Virus record (IMG/VR): IMGVR_UViG_3300034069_001614 | Length of the DNA stretch: 64,000 nucleotides | Source: a virus | Strand: one strand, 5' to 3' | Shown here: piece after piece, positions 47,250-57,148 of the stretch | Numbering within the stretch: position 1 is the first letter of the stretch | How the letters are laid out: each line of letters begins with the position of its first letter | The notes under the pieces: generated by a model | What the model was told of the DNA's origin: nothing | Seen by the model: only the letters and a program-made list of their open reading frames with translations | The model's database searches: none | Position numbers and translations under genes: made by a program

Positions 47250-49748
47250 TTAATATCCCTCAGGACTAGTTGATGGCGTAGCGGTTGGTTCTTCTGAAGA
47301 AACCCCTAGAGCCGCATTATCTTTCATCATTTGAGCAAGATTATAAAGACTATCATGCAATGAACGAATCGGTCCAAGTTCTTTGGATACTTCATTTTCT
47401 GGTACCACCAGAGAAGACATACCCGATGACTTTAAATAGTTTCTGATGTTATCAATAACATACCTGGCACGAAGCACCGTCAGCGCAGGACGCAGTGTTT
47501 CATCGCTTCCGACAATGTCGTCAGGAAGCAACGCTGTAACTGTTGCTTGAATGGCGGTCACCATCGCTTCCAACGCCTCAAACTGAGCCTTACCGGGGGC
47601 AACGTTGGGATGCGGTAAGGCAATACTCATATCCGCAATCAACATCTCCAAGGTATAATCGTCAGGTAGACCTGTAACGCCATTGTCATCTACATTAGGG
47701 TCATTCGTAGACGATGCTGAAATTTTCTCTCTTCCTAATTGAGGTAAAATTTCAAGCAATCCCTTTTGGAATTCTTCGGAGAACTGGGCATATTTACGCA
47801 AAAGATCAGATGTTACACCAATCACAATTTCTTGGTCAATAGCAACATCCATGGCAAAGAACAGATTAGTCGTCGTGACTGAACGAGCATACTCATCTTC
47901 GCTCAATGAATTCATGGTAGAGGCTGGAACGCGCAACCCATTCAAAATGGTTTTATCGAGCTGTGCCATGAGATCTGGATCAATATCAACAGTACCAGAG
48001 CGTGTGTCTGGTTCATTGGTGATATCGAATTCTTCCATGCCAGGAATACCAGATCCTTTAATGCTGATTGATTTATCAGCAATCTGGCTCTGAATAGCGC
48101 TGGGATCAATAGCAAAATTAATGGTCTGTTTTTTAATGTATTCGTTAATGATGTTAGTAAACATTGCCTCTGGTTGATCCATGTAATTGGGATCAAACTT
48201 AACATCAATTTTGCGTTTATCCATGGCGTTTTTAATAGCGGCTAAGATTCTAGACACCTGAAGTGACATTTTCATGCCTAGCACAAACTTGATGCGGTCA
48301 AGCCTGGAGACGCCATAACCTTGATCATTACGCTCAAACGCCATGTAAGTGACCAGCTCTTTGGGCAGAAACAAAATACGTGTTTGCTTTTGCTGAAGGA
48401 ATCTGGAAAACATACAACGATAAACAGAATCGAGACTCTCCATCTGCACATGGTTAAAGCCTGCTTTACCCAAACGGCGCTTAAGATGTTCAGAAACAAT
48501 CTGGGTGTAGACCCGGCTCATGGTCTCATGATCCATCAAGGTACGCTGTGATGTACCATTAGCGACACCATAGGCATTGTATGTTTGTTGAAACACACTT
48601 TGATGATTATTGTTGTAATGATTAGGCGAAGCTTCTCTTGCTTCTTCCTGGGCAACAGCATTGATCGGATTACCTAATTGGTCAAGCATTACTAGGTAAC
48701 CTTGGTGATCATTGGGGTCACCAGGTGTGTGAATCACCGTTACCGATTCTGGAGGCAACCGCATCAAGATTGGGTTACCTATTGCATCAGCATCGTCAAG
48801 AGATAATGACACCATGGCTTCATGCATGGGTAATTTAAACTTCTGTTTTAACGTGTTCTTGGTTTTCTTTTCACTTTTGTTTTTGTAATATTTTTGAACA
48901 CGAAGAACTGACGGATTGTCTGTTAAACTAAGGGCCTCTTGCCCGATTATCTTCTCCACTAGCGATGTTGACACAGAGGCTGGAACACGGTGATCAACGA
49001 ACGATTTATCTTTTTGTTCTCTGGTTGCATCTTGAGCAAGCAATGCTTCTCTGGCAAGTGATTCCAACCCCACAACGTCACCTCGGTCACGTCGATCGGC
49101 TGCGTCACCAAAGTTAAACAGGCTTTCTTGTGCCAAAGGATCAATAACTTGCCGACTAAAATCTTCAGTACCAATATACGATTCGTCTTGAATTTTATCA
49201 AAAGACGTCATGGGAATAATGGCAAAAATACATGATCCTGTTTCATACCCATACTGATACATCCAGGAAGGTAATTGCGTTTTAAGATTGATTTTCTTTT
49301 GAAAGAAATCCTCGGCATATTTCTCAAGACGCTTTTTGGGTCCTTCTAGAATACTAGTGTTGTTGAACACCACTGGAATAACATCACGGGTGAGATCATT
49401 GGGCGAGAGGGTCGAGGCGATCATCAACCGTGCGGCTTTGTCAACTTCAGGCATGAGACCAAGAATCTTACGATTCTCCATGCGTTCTTTACCGACTTTA
49501 ACCAAGGAGCCTTGAACGATGTTGATGAGTGATCCAGCAGCAACTGGCTGTCTTTGCTGACCAGGAGAGTCGAGATTTCCCTGAAGAAGCTTGGTACGAT
49601 CATCCCGAGAAATGAGTTCTGGAGACGGGTAGGCAGCTGATGGTGGGGGTGTTTCCTTTTCATTGGCACGAAAAGTGAAATTACCACGCAAGCTGTCAAT
49701 GATATTGAACGTCCTTGCTCCTTGTGACTTGGTAGGGCTTTTTGCCAT
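47250..49748 (-). CDS. portal protein (phiKZ gp129-like)
   Basis: 832 aa; LIASTLSPNDL, RLPPESVTVIH.PGDP.H.GYL.MLD..GNP; GLES site. Confidence 0.8.
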   Translation of the reverse strand: MAKSPTKSQGARTFNIIDSLRGNFTFRANEKETPPPSAAYPSPELISRDDRTKLLQGNLDSPGQQRQPVAAGSLINIVQGSLVKVGKERMENRKILGLMPEVDKAARLMIASTLSPNDLTRDVIPVVFNNTSILEGPKKRLEKYAEDFFQKKINLKTQLPSWMYQYGYETGSCIFAIIPMTSFDKIQDESYIGTEDFSRQVIDPLAQESLFNFGDAADRRDRGDVVGLESLAREALLAQDATREQKDKSFVDHRVPASVSTSLVEKIIGQEALSLTDNPSVLRVQKYYKNKSEKKTKNTLKQKFKLPMHEAMVSLSLDDADAIGNPILMRLPPESVTVIHTPGDPNDHQGYLVMLDQLGNPINAVAQEEAREASPNHYNNNHQSVFQQTYNAYGVANGTSQRTLMDHETMSRVYTQIVSEHLKRRLGKAGFNHVQMESLDSVYRCMFSRFLQQKQTRILFLPKELVTYMAFERNDQGYGVSRLDRIKFVLGMKMSLQVSRILAAIKNAMDKRKIDVKFDPNYMDQPEAMFTNIINEYIKKQTINFAIDPSAIQSQIADKSISIKGSGIPGMEEFDITNEPDTRSGTVDIDPDLMAQLDKTILNGLRVPASTMNSLSEDEYARSVTTTNLFFAMDVAIDQEIVIGVTSDLLRKYAQFSEEFQKGLLEILPQLGREKISASSTNDPNVDDNGVTGLPDDYTLEMLIADMSIALPHPNVAPGKAQFEALEAMVTAIQATVTALLPDDIVGSDETLRPALTVLRARYVIDNIRNYLKSSGMSSLVVPENEVSKELGPIRSLHDSLYNLAQMMKDNAALGVSSEEPTATPSTSPEGY

Positions 49749-49840
49749 GGGTAATACCCTTCATGTTCAAGTTAAATAAGCGCGAAATGTCTTTTTTATA
49801 AAAGATCTTCCTCACATGATGATAGAGAAAGCTTTTCCTC

Positions 49841-52036
49841 ATGATATCACCTGATCGCCTTCTCCTTCAGCGCCAAATCTACAATTTCCTGCGCACCACA
49901 ACGATTAAATATTCCCCCATTGCCCAGTACATCAATGAGGGATTATTGCGCAAAAACTACGTTGTTGATTTTAACAACCCTGCTACATGGAAATACTATC
50001 TTAACATGCAAGGTAAGTATCATGAAAGTGATACGTTGATGAACGTGGTATCCTTGGACACTAGAGAGACTATTTTGTTCTCACCTGATGTGTTAGTTAA
50101 CCATCCTCGCACCCGTGCCGTGTATCTTCCTGGTGGTCCTTATTACACTCGATTATGCGATTTATACCCGGAACAAGTTGATCTGATTAAATCAGTTCTG
50201 TTTCCCGTAACAGACATCAACAATGCCCTGGCGGCAGATGATTTAACCTTGTTGAACTATGGATCTGGTTATCTAGAAATTTACGAAGAATCGGTGTTGA
50301 TCATGGACATCGAACGATTTCTAGAAATTTATAAAGAACGATGGTATTTTAGTTTTCTTGACGATGAACCTTATTTTTATCTCACGGCATGGAGTAGTCT
50401 TCATGTTCAATTAGCCATGCTCTTAATGAGTAGTCGTGTTGCTCACATCAAGACCTCGTTTGTCCACAGTTGGGATTTGTGGAACGAATTAGCAGCTTAT
50501 GGATTAGATAATTATTCCGATGTTCTTGATCGTGAAAAAGCGATGATGCTGTATCAGAATATTGATTATCTGAAAATAAATGCTGGTAAACAAAGCAACC
50601 TTACTATTCTTGCGGATCGGTTATTGAGTAGTTTTGGTATTGCTGTTTATGGCCGCAGTGTTGTTCAAGAAAGTGAAACAGGGGAGGCTAATTATCAGCT
50701 TACCCCTCAATTAGTTCCGGTGCGTATTGCCGGGGGAGGGGGGACCTCATCCATTGGTATTCAAGTTAAAACGGTTAGCGAAATTCAAGAAGAGATTTAT
50801 ACCAAAGGGCTTACTCAATCTGATACAGCAGAAGCAGTGCAAACGATTGAGCGTCAATTGGGAGACACCACTCTTAACAACTTTGCGACTAAGTTTGTTG
50901 AGATCAAACCCACCGCTCAAATTAAACCTTATGCTCAGATCCTTAATGTCTTTTTGTTGGAAAGCTTGATTGTTTCTATTACCAGGGGATATTACACCAA
51001 TCCTGTTGAAGTGTATGATCCTTTAACCAATAGTCCTATTTACTTACCCCCTGCTGAACTTTTAGCCTTATACAACTATGCTTCGCTAGCCTCTATGGGA
51101 TTAACTCCTAGTACATTTCCTAGTAAAGTACGCTTATACCGGTCGTTCACCCCAGACATTGGTAGCCCCAATCTCACCATTCCTTATTTTGATAGTATTC
51201 TTTACTTATCACAAGTTGTTGATGCATCGTCGTATCTCAATGGTCTGCAATATAGTCAACATCTACAAAATCCCGCTGAGTTTTCTGATAATGTAACCGC
51301 GTTGTGGCTTCGTTTCATGGATCATCAGTTGCTTGATGAAGGAACAACTCTAGACAAAGCCCATGCCGCTTACCAGTATCTGAGCACTCTGTGCCATACC
51401 CGTCGTGAAGAATCACTTAATTTGGTACCCAATTACACCACCTACGAAGATTGGTTAGGAGAAGGAGGGATTGATCTGTTTTCAACAGTACTCGCCCAAT
51501 ATTCTTTACAACCTAATCCACTTGAACAATGGGGTAATCTTGCTGATACCATTTTGTCAGCCTTGATTCCCATCAGTGATGTTCTTGCTTCTTTTGGTAA
51601 CTTTACGTTGTCCAATTCTGGGTACAATCGGTTACGACAGTTGTTTGTACAGCTCACCAGTTACCATTTAGTATTTTTAGAGAGTGACCGTGACATTGCC
51701 GATTTTAGCATCACTGCTAAATGGTCAACTGATTATGGTGCTGTTCAACTGGATAGTTACAGTGAGTCCTTGGGAGGCTTTGGTGTAGAACTCACCAATC
51801 AGATCAGTCGCATCCATGATCTATCCTTGCACAATGGAGTGACTCTTCACCGTGAATCAAATACTCTCCATCAATTGGATTATACTGTGAGCAGTGTTGC
51901 TCACCTTACACAAGACCAATCATCTAGTCCATTTATTCCACCCAAAACATCATTTTCGCACAAAGCCGTTTCTCGGCGCAATAGTCCCCTTAAGCTTGTT
52001 TACCATGCACCCCTACCGATTCCGGTGGAGGCATGA
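49841..52036 (+). CDS. virion structural protein (phiKZ gp128-like, baseplate candidate)
   Basis: WKYYLNMQGKYH.SD.LM..SLDT; divergent from portal. Confidence 0.7.
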   Translation: MISPDRLLLQRQIYNFLRTTTIKYSPIAQYINEGLLRKNYVVDFNNPATWKYYLNMQGKYHESDTLMNVVSLDTRETILFSPDVLVNHPRTRAVYLPGGPYYTRLCDLYPEQVDLIKSVLFPVTDINNALAADDLTLLNYGSGYLEIYEESVLIMDIERFLEIYKERWYFSFLDDEPYFYLTAWSSLHVQLAMLLMSSRVAHIKTSFVHSWDLWNELAAYGLDNYSDVLDREKAMMLYQNIDYLKINAGKQSNLTILADRLLSSFGIAVYGRSVVQESETGEANYQLTPQLVPVRIAGGGGTSSIGIQVKTVSEIQEEIYTKGLTQSDTAEAVQTIERQLGDTTLNNFATKFVEIKPTAQIKPYAQILNVFLLESLIVSITRGYYTNPVEVYDPLTNSPIYLPPAELLALYNYASLASMGLTPSTFPSKVRLYRSFTPDIGSPNLTIPYFDSILYLSQVVDASSYLNGLQYSQHLQNPAEFSDNVTALWLRFMDHQLLDEGTTLDKAHAAYQYLSTLCHTRREESLNLVPNYTTYEDWLGEGGIDLFSTVLAQYSLQPNPLEQWGNLADTILSALIPISDVLASFGNFTLSNSGYNRLRQLFVQLTSYHLVFLESDRDIADFSITAKWSTDYGAVQLDSYSESLGGFGVELTNQISRIHDLSLHNGVTLHRESNTLHQLDYTVSSVAHLTQDQSSSPFIPPKTSFSHKAVSRRNSPLKLVYHAPLPIPVEA

Positions 52037-52065
52037 TCTCTTGAACATAAGGATTTACTGTTACT

Positions 52066-52917
52066 ATGGTCTCTTCTGTTACCAGCATTAAACCAATTGA
52101 AAATTCCAAGGAAACCTTGCTTGGTATGACCACGGCGCTCGAACAGCGCTTTGGATGTCAGCCCCGCAATGATCTTGGTACAACCTTGAACACTAAGTTT
52201 GGCGTTTTTCCTTCTCTGCTTCCAACCAACCCTAAACTTGTTCGTTATTTCTGTTGGGGTGTTGGTGGAAAGATCAACGACACCACAGGTCTTAGTTCAG
52301 CACAACCTCCTCTTGGTACCGATATGGCTCCTTATGCCATTCGTCCTTTTCGAGCCGTTCCTTTTGACAGTGATTTATCGGCTCCAGAAATGGCGCAGTA
52401 CGCTATGCGTCAGGTTGTGCCCAACTTCCAGGGTACAGGGGTTACTTATTGTCTTTACTATTTGAAACTGATTGATTTCACGTCTAGTCAGGTTCAATAT
52501 GTGAGACAAGATCCGGTTACGGGTAATTCAGTTACCTATGAAATTGATGACAGTAATCTGAGTCCAACACCCCCTGCGGTATCGGACAATGGTGTTATCA
52601 CTGATGTTGCTGATTCGGTGTCAGTTATTCTTCCAGGTAACTGCATCCTGACCGGACAGGAAGTATTGGAATCAATGGCAGTCATGGATGGTGGTGATCC
52701 ACGTTATGCTATTGCGAGCGAAATGGGCTTTGTGTCAGCATCGACACAGTCTGTATCAGTGGTCGACAATAATGGTGTTCCGTTTAGCTACAATGAAGCG
52801 ATTCTTGCTCAGATGACCGATCACTATACCTGTGTTGGTCAACCATTCTTTTCAACCGACGATACCTGGACAAGATCCATTGCTTTCTCTTTACGCAATA
52901 TCGTGGTCTCATCATAA
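52066..52917 (+). CDS. phiKZ-like virion structural protein
   Basis: YFCWGVGG, PFR..DL..E..QY, YYLKLID. Confidence 0.65.
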   Translation: MVSSVTSIKPIENSKETLLGMTTALEQRFGCQPRNDLGTTLNTKFGVFPSLLPTNPKLVRYFCWGVGGKINDTTGLSSAQPPLGTDMAPYAIRPFRAVPFDSDLSAPEMAQYAMRQVVPNFQGTGVTYCLYYLKLIDFTSSQVQYVRQDPVTGNSVTYEIDDSNLSPTPPAVSDNGVITDVADSVSVILPGNCILTGQEVLESMAVMDGGDPRYAIASEMGFVSASTQSVSVVDNNGVPFSYNEAILAQMTDHYTCVGQPFFSTDDTWTRSIAFSLRNIVVSS

Positions 52918-52936
52918 CAAAAAAGAAACAAATAAT

Positions 52937-52965
52937 GAGAGGAGAGGCATCACGCCTCTCCTCTC
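52937..52965. terminator. bidirectional terminator
   Basis: 12-bp perfect stem between convergent genes. Confidence 0.75.
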
Positions 52966-52973
52966 TAGGTCTT

Positions 52974-53228
52974 TTAGTCTGAAAAGAGAGATGACGATGT
53001 TGGAATAAAGACAACTCCATTGATGGCATAGATGCTATCGACATCATATTCACCAAAGACATGTTCAGCAACAGAATAAGGAGGTCCGTTGTAATTACGT
53101 TCATCGTTCTGGTCTAACTTGATAGCGATAAGCGTACGGCTACCAACATCAGTGACACGCCAATTATACTTATCTCCTTCAGTTAGGGTGAATTCATATC
53201 CTATTTTAAAATCCGTTAACTTAGCCAT
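52974..53228 (-). CDS. small conserved hypothetical protein
   Basis: WRVTDVGSRT.IAI.LD...GPPYSVAE.VF; AAGGA RBS. Confidence 0.75.
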   Translation of the reverse strand: MAKLTDFKIGYEFTLTEGDKYNWRVTDVGSRTLIAIKLDQNDERNYNGPPYSVAEHVFGEYDVDSIYAINGVVFIPTSSSLFSD

Positions 53229-53247
53229 CAGTAATTCCTTTTTATAA

Positions 53248-54192
53248 TCAACAATCTTCTGAAGCACCACCACCACTAAAACTAGTATCATCACTGTTAT
53301 TGGAAGAAAAGCCTGCGCTATCATCACTGTTACTAGCGATAGATGATGAAGTATCCGTATCACTATCATCAGACGATGAAGAACATCGACTGTAACCCGT
53401 GTCATCGTCCATCGACGATACAGCGATGGTACTTGCTGCAGCCGCTGCTGCACTACCTAGATTGTTTGGAAAATAGTTATTGGCTGGCCAGTAACTGCTG
53501 GTATATCCGTTGCGGGGATAGTTTGTTGTATAAAGAGATGATTGTTGGGGGGTAGAAGAGACAGGAGCAGCTTTCTTGCGCTTGTTCTTTATCCATGAAA
53601 GAACTACCATCCCAGCAATACACAGACCAACCAACAGGCTGATAATTTGTACCGGTGACGACGATGTAGGAGAAGAGGCTTTTTTCACATCTTGTTCATG
53701 CGCATCAATATAACTGGTGGTAAGGTTAGCACCAAGCTGCAGTCCTGCCTCTGGTCCTTTTGCTTTAATAGTACTAGCCACTTGATGAATGATTTGTTTA
53801 CTCATGGCGTCGGTTAAAACAGGTTCAAATCCTTTTGCTACTTCTAGGCGAACACTCCCATGACCGCCAACTTTAGCATAGATCAAGATCGCTGCATCAT
53901 CGATCCCTGTTTGACCAAGTCTCCACCCCCGTCCTAGCTGGTAACCATAATCCTCAAGAGGATAGCCTTGCAGATCATTTGTGGTAAACACCACCAGATC
54001 GTGATGAGTCTGGTTGTGCCACTGGGTTAATTGCTTACTAAGTGCTGACAAACCCGTAGGAGAAAAGACATGAGCATCATCTACTACGGCTTGATTATTA
54101 CGAGGAGGTAGTTTAAGCTCAGCCTTAGCGGGTTGGATTATCAATCCTAGGCTCAGCAAAAAGCTTACCAACACCATCCGAAGAACCGTCAT
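53248..54192 (-). CDS. TPM-domain (YgcG-like) membrane protein
   Basis: signal peptide, VVDDAHVFS, WRLGQ.G.D..IL, RLEV.KG.E..LTDA; TM; SGGGASEDC tail. Confidence 0.9.
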   Translation of the reverse strand: MTVLRMVLVSFLLSLGLIIQPAKAELKLPPRNNQAVVDDAHVFSPTGLSALSKQLTQWHNQTHHDLVVFTTNDLQGYPLEDYGYQLGRGWRLGQTGIDDAAILIYAKVGGHGSVRLEVAKGFEPVLTDAMSKQIIHQVASTIKAKGPEAGLQLGANLTTSYIDAHEQDVKKASSPTSSSPVQIISLLVGLCIAGMVVLSWIKNKRKKAAPVSSTPQQSSLYTTNYPRNGYTSSYWPANNYFPNNLGSAAAAAASTIAVSSMDDDTGYSRCSSSSDDSDTDTSSSIASNSDDSAGFSSNNSDDTSFSGGGASEDC

Positions 54193-54220
54193 ATTTATCT
54201 CCTGATGAAAAGAATATTGT

Positions 54221-54523
54221 CTAGTGAAAAGTAAGAAAGTTTCGCAGCTTTATTTGATCATAAAGACTGCTTTCTGCTCGTTTTAAAAGATCGTGAATCT
54301 GATCCTGATTCAAGGTCTTATCTGAGATGTAGATTTGTACATCGAGATGATTAGCATCGTCACATCCAAACACAATTCAACAAACATAGTCAGTATCATG
54401 TATATCGGGAGTGCGAGCAATCTGCATCATGGTGGAATCAAAGCTTGGGTGCTCAGAGAGATGCAGATACAAAATACCGATGGAATCAATTAATCCAACA
54501 AAGACAGAAGGTACAGCTTCCAT
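54221..54523 (-). pseudogene. 100-codon gene with in-frame TGA at codon 49 (54377-54379)
   Basis: MEAVPSVF...DYVC*IVFGCDD...FLTFH-TAG; fills the intergenic gap exactly. Confidence 0.6.
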
Positions 54524-54548
54524 AATGACAATCTTTTTTGATTAGATT

Positions 54549-55217
54549 TCACACACGATGAGGAATGTGCTTGAGATCATGAAGGAAATCATCGGGAATG
54601 GTATTTTCATAGCTTTCCGCGTGGATATACTCCAGAGTATGAAGGCGCCCTTGTGGGGTTACATAGCGTAATTGAACGCCGCTATTTACTTTTGTTCCCA
54701 TAAACACAAGCGATTTAATGGTAAAGGAAAGCGACAGAAGGTTATTGATTCCTGCCACAACTTGAACATACCGGTCTTTGATGTAAGTAAGTTGTTCCTG
54801 ATTGTAAAAGGATTCTGGATCACCTTCATTGCGAATAAAATTGGGGTCTTCTCCCAGACGAAGAGTGATGTCGTACAAAAAGCTATCATTGCCTTTGGTG
54901 ACACGACCAAGGGCTTCTGCAAACAGATCAGGAGTAGGTAGCCCAAGGGGATGAACAACTGGTTCGGGTTCTATTTGAGGAAGGGTAGGAAGTGATTCCT
55001 GGCTTTTGTGGTCAGCTTCCGGATCTTCCATATAGACCTGAAACGACAAACTGTAAACCACATTCTTTTCATCAACGCTGGCTTGAGGCTCAACATTAAC
55101 ATCAAGTCCTAGAAGTGTTCCATCACTTAGCTGAAAAACATCACCGCGCTCCTCGGTTAATGATGCACCTTGAGGTAATTCAATACTACCTTTGATGATA
55201 AAGGCTAATGTTGTCAT
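54549..55217 (-). CDS. hypothetical protein
   Basis: start refined to MTTLAF. Confidence 0.7.
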   Translation of the reverse strand: MTTLAFIIKGSIELPQGASLTEERGDVFQLSDGTLLGLDVNVEPQASVDEKNVVYSLSFQVYMEDPEADHKSQESLPTLPQIEPEPVVHPLGLPTPDLFAEALGRVTKGNDSFLYDITLRLGEDPNFIRNEGDPESFYNQEQLTYIKDRYVQVVAGINNLLSLSFTIKSLVFMGTKVNSGVQLRYVTPQGRLHTLEYIHAESYENTIPDDFLHDLKHIPHRV

Positions 55218-55242
55218 CTGTTTGACTTTCAAAAAAGAAACA

Positions 55243-55269
55243 GTAGAAGGGGTTCACTCCCCCTTCTAC
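55243..55269 (-). terminator. intrinsic terminator
   Basis: 10-bp stem, TGTTTCTTTTTT tail on minus strand. Confidence 0.7.
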
Positions 55270-55291
55270 CGATCCTTAGTTTATATACGTG

Positions 55292-57130
55292 TTATACCAG
55301 CCTAAAGGTTGGAAGAGTCTTTTTGGCCACAACCATTTGAGCAGAACCAAGATTATTATCGATGGTGGTGAAAATATCCAACGCCATGAGATAATCCTTA
55401 GGGTCCGTGCCAAATTGCACCGCAAAGATAGTTTGATCAACCGGGAACTTTGTGGGCGCTGTTCGCGACAATCTTCCTTGTTCCTCTACACCATAATTAG
55501 CAGGATCGCTGTAGAAGTTTTCCAACTGTTGTGATGGATAGTCATCCAGCACAAAAGGTTCAATGGGATATTTGGTATCTTCTGAATCCGGACTAATCTT
55601 ACCATAAGGCAGAGCACAAGCATTAAACACCGTTGCCAGCGGATTGCTGATGATGGTGGCATCCTTGGCGATGTAGGGCAAAATAGTCTTACCCATAGTG
55701 TTGGTGATCACCACAGAACGACGGGATAACAGATACGTACGCTGACTAAGCTCACGCTCTTCTAGGGCTTTCAAGAATTGCTTGGCTTCGGGATCATTGT
55801 CTTGCGGAATAGAGAATTTGTTAGGGTACACACCTTCCATGGAGAAAGGGAAAACAGGTGATGATTGCATGGCGTGGGTTGGAATAGAACCACTATCAAA
55901 CATCACACTGGTGTTAACCACCAACACATTCCACAAAACACCCGCCACCAAGGCTTCCAATGCCCTACGGCCATCGGGATGGGTTGTTAGCGGATGACTA
56001 AAGGATGATGACAACAGTTCATTGACATCATCAAAGGTATTAATTTTGATCTTGTTTTTGATGGTCCAATTAGTACCAGTAGTAAGTCGTGCGTTGAGAT
56101 ACAGCGCACGGTTGATATGCTCCACAAGATAGCTAGTGATGGCCTTCCACTGACCTGTCGGTAGACTCTCTAGAATCTTACTGATCTGCTTATGCAAAAC
56201 AATGGGAGACTTGGTCCGCTCTGCTTCATTAACCACTTCAATGCAACTGTTTCGGATAGAAACAAAAGCCTGGGTAGGAAGGTCAATAACATCGAGATGA
56301 TTGTAAAGAATCCTGAACACAAAGGGAGATCCCAGTGTTTGATCAGGAACAATGGTAAAGAAGTCTTTTACTACATCAAGCGGATCATCAAGAATGAGCT
56401 GATGAAAAGCCCCTACCCGGTTGATAACAAAGTTACTGCATTTCAGTTCTTGACGTTGGGCAACAACAATACGGTTATCTTTAGCCGCTTCATCACCCCA
56501 AATTGGTTTTGCTCTTACCTCAGCAAAGGTTGCAGAGGAATCCTGTAGTTCATCAAGAGGATTGGGCTTATAAACAACACTGGTCTCCACGTCGACTTTT
56601 ATGGGTTTATCCATTGGAGTGGATGGTGAGACAGTGGGCGCAGGAGCGGTTCTGGTCATGGTTGTTGTGTCGTCCACCAAATGAGACCCTGGTCCTCGCG
56701 AACCAGGCTGTTGGTTGTTGAAGCCGCTATTGTTACGGTTAAACCCTCCGCCGCTAAAGCCAGAAGAACTACCAAAACCACCACCGCTGAAGCCTCCCCC
56801 GTTGTTAAAGCCTCCTCCTTGCTGCTGTTGTCGCACCTGGGCTACATAGTTGTTAAAGATATTTTCAACAAAAGCCCCAACAATCTGAAAAAGTAGATCA
56901 GGTTGGACAACATTGTTACCATTGAGCCGACGTGCTTCAGTGGATACATAGTTAAATAAGAACTGTGCGTTATTGTATCCTTGTTGTCCACTACGAGGAT
57001 TATACTGCGTCATGAATTCATTGCAGAATTGGGCACCCAATCGTTGAGCGTTGTTACGCAAAATGCCTTCAGCGCAGTTCAAAATGGCGTTATATGCAGT
57101 TTCGTCCATCGGGGAATACCTTTTTTCCAA
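55292..57130 (-). CDS. hypothetical protein with Q/G/F/N low-complexity linker (neighbour of nvRNAP subunit)
   Basis: 612 aa; QQQQGGGFNNGGGFSGGGFG linker. Confidence 0.75.
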   Translation of the reverse strand: MEKRYSPMDETAYNAILNCAEGILRNNAQRLGAQFCNEFMTQYNPRSGQQGYNNAQFLFNYVSTEARRLNGNNVVQPDLLFQIVGAFVENIFNNYVAQVRQQQQGGGFNNGGGFSGGGFGSSSGFSGGGFNRNNSGFNNQQPGSRGPGSHLVDDTTTMTRTAPAPTVSPSTPMDKPIKVDVETSVVYKPNPLDELQDSSATFAEVRAKPIWGDEAAKDNRIVVAQRQELKCSNFVINRVGAFHQLILDDPLDVVKDFFTIVPDQTLGSPFVFRILYNHLDVIDLPTQAFVSIRNSCIEVVNEAERTKSPIVLHKQISKILESLPTGQWKAITSYLVEHINRALYLNARLTTGTNWTIKNKIKINTFDDVNELLSSSFSHPLTTHPDGRRALEALVAGVLWNVLVVNTSVMFDSGSIPTHAMQSSPVFPFSMEGVYPNKFSIPQDNDPEAKQFLKALEERELSQRTYLLSRRSVVITNTMGKTILPYIAKDATIISNPLATVFNACALPYGKISPDSEDTKYPIEPFVLDDYPSQQLENFYSDPANYGVEEQGRLSRTAPTKFPVDQTIFAVQFGTDPKDYLMALDIFTTIDNNLGSAQMVVAKKTLPTFRLV

Positions 57131-57148
57131 GTAGAGAGAAGAAATAGA

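Noticed and set aside
55292-57130. Chimallin (similar size, Q-rich segment)
   Set aside because: No recognisable chimallin motifs; its position next to the gp123-like gene fits a different family
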